Position numbers and translations under genes: made by a program | Shown: positions 1-8,867 of the stretch, in pieces | Position numbering within the stretch: position 1 is the stretch's first letter | Layout: every line of letters starts with the position of its first letter | Notes under the pieces: model-generated | What the model was told of the DNA's origin: nothing | The model's database searches: none | What the model saw: the letters and a program-made list of their open reading frames with translations, nothing else | Virus record (IMG/VR): IMGVR_UViG_3300029226_000028 | Span: 1 to 58,656 of that record | DNA: 58,656 bases | DNA from: a virus | Taxonomy: Duplodnaviria > Caudoviricetes | Direction: 5' to 3' (one strand)

Positions 1-167
1 TCTGTCCGGTCGTCGTGTTGGAAACAACTGTCCCTGCATTGATCACGTCAGTCTCAAGGACCGACCGATCAGGACCGAACGACACGAAGACCGTCGCACT
101 GGTCCTGATCGGTCGGTCCTTGCGACTGACGTGATCAGGACCAGTGCGACGGTCTTCGTGTCGTTCG
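1..167. repeat. Terminal direct repeat (left copy); assembly overlap indicating a circular or permuted complete genome
   Basis: 1-167 is identical to 58490-58656 except position 54 (T) vs 58543 (G). Confidence 0.95.
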
Positions 168-343
168 GTCCTGATCACGTCAGTCGCACCAACCAGAACA
201 AAACTAAGCTGTGCCATGGTGATGGCTTCAGGGATATAGCGAAGGACGAAGTTGTCAGCAGCAGTCGGGTTTTCAATAACGATGCCAGCAAGTGCAGTGC
301 CACCGCCACCGTCGTTTTGACCATATGCTTCCTGCAGTCCCAT
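1..343 (-). CDS. 5' part of a putative virion structural protein spanning the origin (continues to 58371; ~153 aa joined)
   Basis: ATG at 343 reads MGLQEAYGQNDGGGGTALAGIVIENPT... without a stop to position 1, in frame with ORF 58371..58574 across the terminal repeat. Confidence 0.7.
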   Translation of the reverse strand, partial: MGLQEAYGQNDGGGGTALAGIVIENPTAADNFVLRYIPEAITMAQLSFVLVGATDVIRTERHEDRRTGPDHVSRKDRPIRTSATVFVSFGPDRSVLETDVINAGTVVSNTTTGQ

Positions 344-347
344 GGGT

Positions 348-707
348 TCAAGTCTCGTTAAAGGTTGCCACCATCTGATAGTGTGTCGCCACATCAATGC
401 CAGCTGGTGTTGCACGGACAGTCTGTGTGTTTGCAGCCCAAGACACCGTCATGGGGTCAGCTGCGTCGATGGTTGGTTGGGGCGGGTCTTCAAAGTTGGG
501 GGAATTGTTCACAGTCGCAATTTCAATCGCAACCGTTCCAGCTGTCGGCACTGCAGGGGTCGTGCCACCTGCATCGGCATAGAACCGGATGCCCACAAAG
601 CAATGCGGGTTGATCGTGTTGCCTGTCAGTTCAGATGGATCAGCAATCGGTGTGATCGGACCCATGACCACTGATGTGGTCTTATCTGGACCGCGACGGG
701 CGTTCAT
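348..707 (-). CDS. Hypothetical beta-rich virion protein
   Basis: ATG at 707 overlaps the upstream TGA (ATGA); T/A/P/V-rich; lies in the structural operon. Confidence 0.65.
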   Translation of the reverse strand: MNARRGPDKTTSVVMGPITPIADPSELTGNTINPHCFVGIRFYADAGGTTPAVPTAGTVAIEIATVNNSPNFEDPPQPTIDAADPMTVSWAANTQTVRATPAGIDVATHYQMVATFNET

Positions 708-1339
708 TGTGCAAGGCTTTCGTTCATCTGCTTTGGAAGCTGCTTCCAATAGACGTTCAGGGGCGACACAGTGAAGTCAGACGGTGCTGTGGTGATGTCA
801 GGGGTGCCACGGGACACCATTGCGCCTTCAGCGGCTTCACCAACGGAACCATCGCCTGTGCCGGTCCAACCGTTCGTCATCGCAGCCACACTGTCAGCGC
901 GACCACGAAGCTTGCCGTCGATCCAGAAGCGAAGCTGTCGTTTGCCGGGATTGACGGCAATCACAAGATGAAGAATGGAACCTATCAGCCCAAGCTTGCC
1001 AATCGCGATGTCACTGATGTCAACACCGGCATTGCCAGCTGCATCACCAGCAACGATTGAAAAGGTGTCACTGTCCAAGCAGACCTTGATGCCTGTCACT
1101 GCATCACCGAATTCAAAGACCAGACCGGACGCAGCCAGACCAGTGATTTGGATTTCGGTTTCGAATGTAGCGGGAAGACCTTGAAGACCATGGTCGGTGA
1201 TTTCAGCTGGCACGTCTATGGTGCCAGCGCCAGAAATAAAGGACCGGGATTTGTCAAGATCAATTGCTGGGTTGCGAAAGGAACGTGTCCGTTCCCTTGC
1301 ATGGTAGGATGCAGCTTGTTCCCATTCAGTCAACGCCAT
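704..1339 (-). CDS. Putative virion protein, possibly LamG/concanavalin-like
   Basis: 211 aa ORF; HLVIAV...LRFWIDGKL resembles LamG strands; coupled to its neighbours. Confidence 0.55.
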   Translation of the reverse strand: MALTEWEQAASYHARERTRSFRNPAIDLDKSRSFISGAGTIDVPAEITDHGLQGLPATFETEIQITGLAASGLVFEFGDAVTGIKVCLDSDTFSIVAGDAAGNAGVDISDIAIGKLGLIGSILHLVIAVNPGKRQLRFWIDGKLRGRADSVAAMTNGWTGTGDGSVGEAAEGAMVSRGTPDITTAPSDFTVSPLNVYWKQLPKQMNESLAQ

Positions 1340-2037
1340 CAGGTTGCACCGGGTGCTTTGCCTGCAGCAGAAGCAGCAGCTTTGCCAGCACCAGTCATGT
1401 CACGAACGACACGTTTTGTGCCGTGACCCAGCTTGGGCATTGCAGCTTGGTCAAGGGGTGACTTGGCTGCTTGCATCAGCAAGTCTTTCAGTTGTGCACC
1501 ATTGCTGGCACGTGTAGCGCGACCAGCGATCTGGGATTGGATGTGATGCATGATGCCACGCTGATTGTCTTTGGAAGAACGCTTCAGGGGTGCGTGCATC
1601 GACAACATCTTGTGAAGGTGTTTATTGGCAATCACCAATCGCTTGTCAGCTTCAGTCTTCACTTCGTTCAGCATTTCGATTTCAGCTTGGGCTGCAAGAA
1701 CATCTGGATGATCACGACCAGTGCCGACTTCAGCATCAGGATCGACTTCATCTTCAGGCTTGTCACCATCGCCTTCACCAGCAGCAGCCAGTTCAGCAGC
1801 AGCGGCAATTTCTTCAGGGGAAGTGCCGACGTCAGACTTTTCACCAGCGGTGACGTCTTCGACTTCAAGCACGGGATTTGTCCGGGTGAACAGGGGTGCA
1901 GCTTCAGTGATGTCAGCACGCTTCAGTTCAGGGTTGGCGGTTGCTTCCTGCATGGTGTCCACTTTGGGAAGACCATCTGCAGTCCACTGTTCGTCGTCTG
2001 CCACGTCAAGCGCGGTCAGTGCTTCTTTGATGTTCAT
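1339..2037 (-). CDS. Conserved phage hypothetical protein downstream of the capsid gene
   Basis: 232 aa; N-terminal LDxxDDxxWTxDGLP motif, acidic linker, coiled coil; AAAGGA RBS. Confidence 0.75.
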   Translation of the reverse strand: MNIKEALTALDVADDEQWTADGLPKVDTMQEATANPELKRADITEAAPLFTRTNPVLEVEDVTAGEKSDVGTSPEEIAAAAELAAAGEGDGDKPEDEVDPDAEVGTGRDHPDVLAAQAEIEMLNEVKTEADKRLVIANKHLHKMLSMHAPLKRSSKDNQRGIMHHIQSQIAGRATRASNGAQLKDLLMQAAKSPLDQAAMPKLGHGTKRVVRDMTGAGKAAASAAGKAPGAT

Positions 2038-2061
2038 TGGTTTTTCCTTTTGGGTTCTGGT

Positions 2062-2442
2062 TTAGTTCAACACATAGGCAGTCATAACGCCAGAACCGTC
2101 ATCAGTAAAGGGCACGACGTTTGCGGCTGCAACAGCATCTTCAAGACTGGCGTGCAAGGTGTATTGATCGGCACCACCGTCAGCGGTGAAATACAGAACA
2201 CCCGCAAACAGACCATCAGGAAGATCGTCACCAACCAGCACGACAGGGGTGCCGTCTGCGATGTCGTCTTCACCTGTGATGGTGATTTCATTGTCGGCAT
2301 TGGATGCACTGGCGATCACATAGAAGGTCACACGACCATCTTGGATCAAACCAGATTTCAGGTCATCGGAAAGGTGGTCAAGGCGTTCACGGGTCAGTCC
2401 GTCAAGGTCGCGATGGCGAAGGTGGCGAAGACGTGCAGGCAT
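2062..2442 (-). CDS. Putative head decoration/structural protein
   Basis: 126 aa ORF directly after the major capsid gene, with AAAGGA RBS. Confidence 0.6.
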   Translation of the reverse strand: MPARLRHLRHRDLDGLTRERLDHLSDDLKSGLIQDGRVTFYVIASASNADNEITITGEDDIADGTPVVLVGDDLPDGLFAGVLYFTADGGADQYTLHASLEDAVAAANVVPFTDDGSGVMTAYVLN

Positions 2443-2478
2443 GGGACTATTCCTTTCCGGGGAAATTCGTGGTTGTGG

Positions 2479-2503
2479 AAAGGGGTGACCGTGAAGCCAC
2501 CCC
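2479..2503 (-). terminator. Rho-independent terminator-like hairpin after the major capsid gene
   Basis: Minus strand GGGGTGGC-TTCACG-GTCACCCC followed by TTT. Confidence 0.6.
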
Positions 2504-2515
2504 GATCCTGATTTC

Positions 2516-3556
2516 TTACGCTTCGCGGCTGATCAAACGGGCGATCTTGATCTGCTTGCGTTCCTTGGCGATACGGGACCAAGAACCAGCTGCAGACAGA
2601 ACCGCGTTCGCAGGACCGGCAACCGACAGTGCGCCGGTATACTGGTGACCCTTGGGGTGGAAGCCCCAGCGGATACGGTTCCAAAGAACGTCCTGACCTG
2701 CACCGTTACCAGCACCGGCTTGGCGCTGGACTTCAGTCGGCACATCAGGTGAACCCTGACCGAACAGAATGGCACCAGCACCGAACATCCACGTTTCGTA
2801 AATGTTGGCCGAAGGCGAAGGAACACCGTCATCGACGATCACCATCCGACCCAAGAAAGTCGGGATGTTCACGACACCGTTGGCATCGGGAATGAAGTCG
2901 ATCAGGTTGTTCTTCTGCGCACGGGCATAAACGACCGAATGCATCATGACCATCGTCAGGTCTTCCATGCTGTCACCCATGGTCAGGGTGCTGTCGATGA
3001 AAGCTTCTGCCGAAAAGTCGGTCACACCAGCGGTGTAGGACGCGCCAGTGATGTCCACAGTCATGTCGTTCTGCAAGTGCTGATCGCCACCACCGGGTGC
3101 AGCAGCGTTGTCAGCGAACAGACCGTTCACGACAGCGACAAATGCATCCTGTTGTTTGCGAACCCACCAGTCAGAAACACGGGCAGAAATTGCAGCAAGC
3201 GGGTCATCACCGGAAAGCAATTTGGAAAGCTGCGAAGCCGACCAAGATTTGTTCCGTTCCAGACGGGTGCTGATTTCAGCCAGCGCGTCGATGCCAGCAG
3301 GGGTCGGGTCATCAGAACCACCGGAAATGCCGTGATGGTCAGTTTCCGTTGCAAGGTTTTCGGTTTCAGCGTCGTCCAGATCGTCATAGACGGGCATGTT
3401 GAACGACAGACCGCCACCATTCAGCTGACCGGAAAATTCGCTGTCAACGACAACGGCACCGGATCGGATCAGGCGGGATTTGACTTCGGTTTCACGCAGG
3501 GTGTTACTAGTGAAAATTTCGGGGGTGACCACGTCGGCCAAAAGTGCTGTTGCCAT
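2516..3556 (-). CDS. Major capsid protein
   Basis: 346 aa; LADVVTPEIF, GG..FNMP, MHS.VY, PTFLGRMVIVDDGVP and HPKG motifs; follows the scaffold; strong RBS. Confidence 0.92.
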   Translation of the reverse strand: MATALLADVVTPEIFTSNTLRETEVKSRLIRSGAVVVDSEFSGQLNGGGLSFNMPVYDDLDDAETENLATETDHHGISGGSDDPTPAGIDALAEISTRLERNKSWSASQLSKLLSGDDPLAAISARVSDWWVRKQQDAFVAVVNGLFADNAAAPGGGDQHLQNDMTVDITGASYTAGVTDFSAEAFIDSTLTMGDSMEDLTMVMMHSVVYARAQKNNLIDFIPDANGVVNIPTFLGRMVIVDDGVPSPSANIYETWMFGAGAILFGQGSPDVPTEVQRQAGAGNGAGQDVLWNRIRWGFHPKGHQYTGALSVAGPANAVLSAAGSWSRIAKERKQIKIARLISREA

Positions 3557-3706
3557 GGGATGTTCCTTTCAAGGTGAATGTCACGGCTGTGAATTGGGTG
3601 TTCCAAACGCAGCCCCATGGCCTGTTCGGGTGATCGAAGGCAGATGCCATGCATGCGCCTTTGATCCTGATTTACACGCCTGATTGGTCAAGCGCAAGGA
3701 AAAACT

Positions 3707-4534
3707 TTAGGTGGCTGGTGCAGCGGGTTTGATCCCACTGATAGTTGTGCCTGCAGCTTTCGCCAATTGTTCTGCTTTTGGACGGTCAGAAGTGGTCAAA
3801 TGTCCCTGCTTGGTCAGGTTCCAATGCTTGTGGCTGAATGGGTTTTCACCATTGTTGGCACCGCCAAGATTTCCACCAGCACCACCACCAGCGGAAACAC
3901 CCCACCAATGTGGACGCTTTTCCTTCATGTCGGTGACGAATGCGCCGGGTTCCATGCCGACAGTGAACGGACTGCCTTCTTTGGTGACAATGGCACCAGC
4001 AGCGTCGATTTCAAAACTGCCTTCATACATCAGCAGGTCTTCCATCGCGCCGGGTTCCATCTTCTGTTCAACACCAGCAGCACGCAGCCCATCGCGGATC
4101 GTCCGGGAAAGGTCTTTGGCTGTGAAGGTGGTGTTGGATGCAGTCAGGTCAGCATTGGCAGTTTTCAGTGTTTCGTTTTCACGGGTGATCGGTGCCATTT
4201 CTCGACGAACACGCGCATCCACCAAGTTGTCAATCTTGTCCTGATCAGGACCATCGCCGGTTGCTTTGGCTTCAAGTTCAGGGATGCGATCAAGGTCTTT
4301 GTTGATGTCTTCGACCGTCTTGTCACCGAAGGCGTCGGTGTAAACCTTCAGCTTGGCTTTGGTCGCAGCGTGATCAGTGCGTTCTGTGGTTGCCCCAACC
4401 TGAACCCGTTCAACGTCGGCAAGTGTCTTGATGCCTTCGACTTGGGTCATTTCCCATTGACCGTTTCGTTCGGTGAAAAGGGAAACATATTCGGCTGGGA
4501 TTTCGTCTTTGGTCTTATATATTGACTTCAGCAT
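3707..4534 (-). CDS. Capsid scaffolding protein
   Basis: Coiled-coil protein immediately upstream of MCP; C-terminal GGGAGG...NPF...WNLTKQG; likely start MLKSIY at 4534. Confidence 0.8.
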   Translation of the reverse strand: MLKSIYKTKDEIPAEYVSLFTERNGQWEMTQVEGIKTLADVERVQVGATTERTDHAATKAKLKVYTDAFGDKTVEDINKDLDRIPELEAKATGDGPDQDKIDNLVDARVRREMAPITRENETLKTANADLTASNTTFTAKDLSRTIRDGLRAAGVEQKMEPGAMEDLLMYEGSFEIDAAGAIVTKEGSPFTVGMEPGAFVTDMKEKRPHWWGVSAGGGAGGNLGGANNGENPFSHKHWNLTKQGHLTTSDRPKAEQLAKAAGTTISGIKPAAPAT

Positions 4535-4633
4535 TGAAGCGATCCTTTCGATATTTTGCACCCACATGGGTGATTGTCGCATGACAATTCGCAACTAATG
4601 CAGGGTTTTTCCCTGAAAGGGAAGAAAAAAGAC

Positions 4634-4692
4634 TTGCGTTTTGTCTGGCGATGTGCATAATGGTGGCACAGATATAGAAAAGGATGACCCCA
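4634..4692 (+). promoter_or_regulatory. Early-type sigma70-like promoter and RBS driving the plus-strand island
   Basis: TTGCGTTTTGTCTG...CATAAT followed by AGAAAAGGATGACCCC; same motif as the repeated cassette. Confidence 0.7.
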
Positions 4693-4938
4693 ATGACCAA
4701 GATTTTTGAAGGCGAAACATGGGATGCACCGGAAAGTGCAGACATGTTCACAGGTGGGCACAATGCCCCATTCAAGAAATCCTATGCCTACAAGGCCGGT
4801 GAAGTGACCGTCGATCTTCACACGGATGGAATGGCATTCGTTCAGGATTGCAGAACCGCTGTGAATTTCACATGTCCTGCCAACGATGCCTTCACTTGGG
4901 CACGGGACAAGAACGAAATGCGCAGGTTGTCGGCATGA
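4693..4938 (+). CDS. Hypothetical protein
   Basis: First ORF after the promoter/RBS; second ATG is best spaced from AAAGGA. Confidence 0.7.
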   Translation: MTKIFEGETWDAPESADMFTGGHNAPFKKSYAYKAGEVTVDLHTDGMAFVQDCRTAVNFTCPANDAFTWARDKNEMRRLSA

Positions 4939-5261
4939 CCAAGTTTGCAGAAATCAACGAACCCCGGATTGCCAAGATCATGGCGATACTGGACACCATG
5001 GACACGTCTGCCAAAAGCAACAAGGCTGACGCTGAATTGTTCGCCCTGTTGAACCCAATCAGAACACGGCTTGGTGCTATCGTGCCAACCATGTCTGATG
5101 ACGATGATGGTGGTGATGAAAGCCCAAACACAGCGCAGCAGCCAATATCGCGGGAACGTCTGGATTATTCCATCGCCTGTTCCAAAGCTGACCGTGCAGT
5201 CCGTGCCTGTGAAAAAGTGCTGGCTGAACTGACCGAACTGAAAAACGCAATTCCATCTTAG
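4935..5261 (+). CDS. Hypothetical protein
   Basis: ATGA overlap with the previous gene; MTKFAEINEP... Confidence 0.7.
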   Translation: MTKFAEINEPRIAKIMAILDTMDTSAKSNKADAELFALLNPIRTRLGAIVPTMSDDDDGGDESPNTAQQPISRERLDYSIACSKADRAVRACEKVLAELTELKNAIPS

Positions 5262-5276
5262 AAAAGGATCACGACA

Positions 5277-5642
5277 ATGCAACGTATGGAACCAAAACCA
5301 AAGACCATTGATTCAATCAGAAGCAAGCTGATCGAAGGCGACATGTTCGAACCTTCAAGCAGCGATATCATCTATCAGGAAGGACGCCTTGCTGTCGGCT
5401 TGCCAGTGCCTGAAGGATGGCGCGTCCTGACCGGCAACATGCACGACAGTCAGGTTGTCCGGGTTGTGATGCGCTATGAAATCGACGACGCATTCTTTGT
5501 CGAACGCGACAAGGTGGTGGAATACCACGCTGAAGAAATGATCGCGCTGATCCAAGAACATGAAAACATGCCGGTCAAATCCTTGCAGACACGCATGGAA
5601 GCCGGGGCACGTTCAGCACGAAAGGCGATTGACGATGTCTGA
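5277..5642 (+). CDS. Hypothetical protein
   Basis: GAAAAGGATC RBS; 121 aa. Confidence 0.75.
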   Translation: MQRMEPKPKTIDSIRSKLIEGDMFEPSSSDIIYQEGRLAVGLPVPEGWRVLTGNMHDSQVVRVVMRYEIDDAFFVERDKVVEYHAEEMIALIQEHENMPVKSLQTRMEAGARSARKAIDDV

Positions 5643-5814
5643 TCAATCATATCGCGACCAGCTGGCGCACACACGTGCAGCTGATGCACAGCATCTGATC
5701 CAGATGACCCGGATCGCAGCACGTGGTGGGTTGTCACTTGACGCCTTTCGCAAGATGCCCGAACATCAGAAAGAAGCCTTCATGGCAAAACATAGGGACA
5801 AGGCCAATGGATGA
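5635..5814 (+). CDS. Small hypothetical protein
   Basis: MSDQSYRDQL..., overlapping both neighbours by 8 nt. Confidence 0.6.
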   Translation: MSDQSYRDQLAHTRAADAQHLIQMTRIAARGGLSLDAFRKMPEHQKEAFMAKHRDKANG

Positions 5815-6178
5815 TTTCGAACGGATACTGGATCAGCTGTTCCACAACGTGATGGAAACTGATGACTGGAAGACAGATGGTGATCATGAACTGGAAGTCA
5901 GCCCATTCGTCTTCGACTGCCTTCAGGCAGGTGTGCGGTTCAACCACGATTTCAACCTGAACAGACCGGTCAATGAACAGTTGGCATTTCGGGGCATGTT
6001 CAAGATCAAGTTCGTGATGGAAAGCGTCCCGGATGTGGTGCCTGTCGGTGGACCAGACTTCCCCGGTTCTGCCAAGAACACGATCCCGGAATTCCTGCAC
6101 GTTGCGCTTCGTGTCGAATGCCGCAATGGTCGGTTTTCATATTTCGATTGGGACAAGAACAGGGAAAGCATGAAATGA
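5807..6178 (+). CDS. Hypothetical protein
   Basis: MDDFERILDQ..., tight packing in the operon. Confidence 0.65.
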   Translation: MDDFERILDQLFHNVMETDDWKTDGDHELEVSPFVFDCLQAGVRFNHDFNLNRPVNEQLAFRGMFKIKFVMESVPDVVPVGGPDFPGSAKNTIPEFLHVALRVECRNGRFSYFDWDKNRESMK

Positions 6179-6546
6179 AACGCGATGACAAAACAGTCGG
6201 TGACTTTGGTGTCAGACCAGCTGGACTTCCCGACCGCTGCTTCTATTGCGGTGAACTGATAGGTGGTCAGCACAAAGATGACTGCGTGATCCTTCAGCGA
6301 TCCGTCGTGGTCGAAGTGAAGGTGACCATGGTCCGCATGGTGCCAGCCAGCTGGACACAGGAACAGATCGACTTCCACCTTGGCAACACATGCAGTGACA
6401 ACCTGATCCGTGATGCTGAACAGCTTCGCCTTCGCAATGATGCTGTTGGATGCACCTGTGGCATGGTCGAAGCAACCTATATCCGGGAAGCCACTGCTGA
6501 AGATGAAGATCGCAGCATGCTGTTCGTGCAGGATGAACGACTATGA
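6175..6546 (+). CDS. Cys-rich hypothetical protein (possible Zn binding)
   Basis: ATGA overlap; CFYC..H...C and C...CTC motifs. Confidence 0.7.
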   Translation: MKRDDKTVGDFGVRPAGLPDRCFYCGELIGGQHKDDCVILQRSVVVEVKVTMVRMVPASWTQEQIDFHLGNTCSDNLIRDAEQLRLRNDAVGCTCGMVEATYIREATAEDEDRSMLFVQDERL

Positions 6547-6722
6547 CAGATCGACCATTCAAGGCTGTCGTGATATCCACGCCAACGGTTCGGTCCAACT
6601 GGGTCGAACAGATGTTTCACGCTGCACAGGCGCAACAGCAGCTGGCTGAAAAGCTTCGTGCTGATGGCTGGGTGCAAGGCACTGGTGCTGCACACGACTG
6701 CTGGGAAAAAGGACCAAGCTGA
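6543..6722 (+). CDS. Small hypothetical protein (59 aa, not in the ORF track)
   Basis: MTDRPFKAVVISTP...WEKGPS*; ATGA overlap upstream and TGATG overlap downstream. Confidence 0.6.
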   Translation: MTDRPFKAVVISTPTVRSNWVEQMFHAAQAQQQLAEKLRADGWVQGTGAAHDCWEKGPS

Positions 6723-7012
6723 TGAACACCGCTGTGGCCACGTTGTTGCTACACTTCATCTGCACCGATGTCAGGCAGGTCTATGAAGTGATCGACGTTC
6801 TGGACCGGGGTGATCTGGTCTATGGGGTCACCACCCTGCCTTCCAGCTGTAAATGGACACGGGAATATGAAATGATGGCACGCTTGGGAACCTTGGTCGA
6901 AGTGATCGACTATATGGACCGTGGTGATCTACCTGATGCAGTCATCGGATCGTTCACCATGCCAGCAGTGTCTGGGATCGTCTATTCAGCAGGGATGATG
7001 CACCTTGGATGA
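6722..7012 (+). CDS. Hypothetical protein with an internal duplication
   Basis: 96 aa; EVIDVLDRGDL and EVIDYMDRGDL repeat. Confidence 0.65.
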   Translation: MNTAVATLLLHFICTDVRQVYEVIDVLDRGDLVYGVTTLPSSCKWTREYEMMARLGTLVEVIDYMDRGDLPDAVIGSFTMPAVSGIVYSAGMMHLG

Positions 7013-7174
7013 CAGGTGGTTCAGGTTGCCGGGGCAACAGCGCCACCACATTGGGCTGGTCGATGTCCTGTGGGGCATGTATCAGGGTCAGATGACAGAA
7101 CTTCACTTCAGACCGGGAACGATGAAATTGATCGGTGGAAAGATGTGGTTTCCCCGTGACTGATCCCTGTGATC

Positions 7175-7462
7175 CTATTCGACCGGCTGATCTTTCTGGA
7201 TGGCTTCGACCCGTTCCCACGCTTCAAAGTCCGACAGGGGATAAGTCGTTGACCACTTCGTCGGGTCAATTTCCATCGCAAGGGCAACCTTCTTCGCGAC
7301 AGCCATCGCCTGATCGCGCATGAAGAAGCCGATCCCTTTTGGGTTCATCAGATAGAACCAGCATTCGCTGTCCTTGCCCCATGCTTGAACGACATAGCCT
7401 GTCGCTTCTTCACCGGGGCAGAAGATCGACACACTGCTGAAGCGAACACGTTCCATGGTCAT
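7175..7462 (-). CDS. Hypothetical protein
   Basis: 95 aa, ATGA-coupled to the upstream gene. Confidence 0.6.
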   Translation of the reverse strand: MTMERVRFSSVSIFCPGEEATGYVVQAWGKDSECWFYLMNPKGIGFFMRDQAMAVAKKVALAMEIDPTKWSTTYPLSDFEAWERVEAIQKDQPVE

Positions 7463-7671
7463 CCGAACCGTGCCACCATATATCTGTCATGGGATTTCTT
7501 GCAATGATCCGATTCAACCCAGCACATCAGGAAGTTCAGTGATCTTTCTGTCCGTCGCCAATGGTTGATCCATGCACGCGCTGAAACCGTTTCGTGCGGT
7601 CGACCCTTCATGATCCTGACATTGATGAAGATGCTGACTGGCGCGACTATTGAAAGAACGATCAGTTTCAT
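7459..7671 (-). CDS. Small hypothetical protein
   Basis: 70 aa; ETVSARAW...DHC motif; ATGA-coupled. Confidence 0.6.
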   Translation of the reverse strand: MKLIVLSIVAPVSIFINVRIMKGRPHETVSARAWINHWRRTERSLNFLMCWVESDHCKKSHDRYMVARFG

Positions 7672-8867
7672 AGGAAGTCCTGTGGATCAAGGCCAGCCTG
7701 TGTGAATGCGCTGGCATGTTTTGCTGCCAATTGGGCAAGGGTCAATTCATCACCAATTCTGGTCACAAACTTGTCCAAGGTCAAGCCACCATTGCGAAAC
7801 AGTTTGCCCTTGGTGACGCCAAGGACGTCGTTCTGGAACCCGACCGGCTGGCGTCGAAGAAATGTCCCATAGTTCACATCAGCTGGAACCTGTCCAACCA
7901 GTTCACGGGTGCGTCCACGCGCAAAGATGTCGAACTTGCCACGCGACCCCCTTGGAAGGGCACCACGGCTGGTCACAGTCGGCAACCCATTGGCTGCGCT
8001 ATATTCACGCAGCAGCATCCGTTCAGTGACGGGCTTCATGGGTCGATTGCCCAAAGCAGACGCAGACAGAACTGCAACGCGCAAGGATCGGCAATTGAAG
8101 TGCAGGGGTGGGATCGGACCACGACCGATTTCGAACAACCTGCCATCTATGGACATGCAGATCGCTGTGGTGACCCCATCCAAGGTCGCGACATATTGTT
8201 CCTTGTCGAACAGGTCTGAATTGGATTTGAAGAATTCACGCTTGGCTTGATTGGCGACGTGGTTGACCGCTGTCCGGGTGATCGCTTCAGCGTTGCGTCT
8301 GGTGATCTGGGTGACCCCATCACGACCACGCAACGCAGCTGATCCAACCACACGTCGGGCGATCTGCTGATTGGTTTCGGACTGGACCATCCCAATCTTG
8401 ATCTGGTCGCTGATCCGGCTTATGTCGGTGCGTGCCAACGACCGTGCCCATACTCGCATCACCTTGCCTTGGAAGGGACGTGCCGTCACGATGGATCGCA
8501 GCAATTGAGGGGATGGAAGTTCAGTAACCAAGGTCACCGGGGCAACTGTCTTGGTCATTCCGGCAATGAATGCTGGTTCAGCTTTCGCCAGTTCCAGCAG
8601 TTCGTCGATCCATTCTTTTTCAGCAACCTTCCAGACGTCGACACGCATGGCAGTGATCACCTTGATCAGCCGGTTCATGCGATTGACGTTAGCAGGTGTC
8701 AGACCCTGACCCGATCCTTGTGCAAGACGACGACGGATTTCATTCGCCATGTCCACTTCGGTCGCGTTCAGAAGTTTGATGATCCGCTTCTGCAATCCAC
8801 CTGACAAACGCATCAGGAAGATTTGATGTCGGATCATCGCATCTAGGAATTGATCATTGGCGGTCAT
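7668..8867 (-). CDS. Head morphogenesis protein (SPP1 gp7/Mu F-like)
   Basis: YVATLDGVTTAICMSIDG...PPLHFNCRS signature; follows the portal. Confidence 0.9.
   Translation of the reverse strand: MTANDQFLDAMIRHQIFLMRLSGGLQKRIIKLLNATEVDMANEIRRRLAQGSGQGLTPANVNRMNRLIKVITAMRVDVWKVAEKEWIDELLELAKAEPAFIAGMTKTVAPVTLVTELPSPQLLRSIVTARPFQGKVMRVWARSLARTDISRISDQIKIGMVQSETNQQIARRVVGSAALRGRDGVTQITRRNAEAITRTAVNHVANQAKREFFKSNSDLFDKEQYVATLDGVTTAICMSIDGRLFEIGRGPIPPLHFNCRSLRVAVLSASALGNRPMKPVTERMLLREYSAANGLPTVTSRGALPRGSRGKFDIFARGRTRELVGQVPADVNYGTFLRRQPVGFQNDVLGVTKGKLFRNGGLTLDKFVTRIGDELTLAQLAAKHASAFTQAGLDPQDFL

Noticed and set aside
41-136. Protelomerase (hairpin telomere) site
   Set aside because: The palindrome has a 24-bp non-palindromic centre, lies inside a coding frame, and no protelomerase or tyrosine recombinase gene is recognisable.
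1-167. Biological terminal repeat of the virion DNA
   Set aside because: It falls mid-gene and coincides with a tangled repeat, so an assembler overlap is more likely; raw reads are needed to find the true termini.
7013-7174. tRNA or other structured RNA in intergenic gaps (also 10424-10539, 56903-56945)
   Set aside because: No cloverleaf with a T-loop and acceptor stem could be built by eye; a tRNA scan would settle it.
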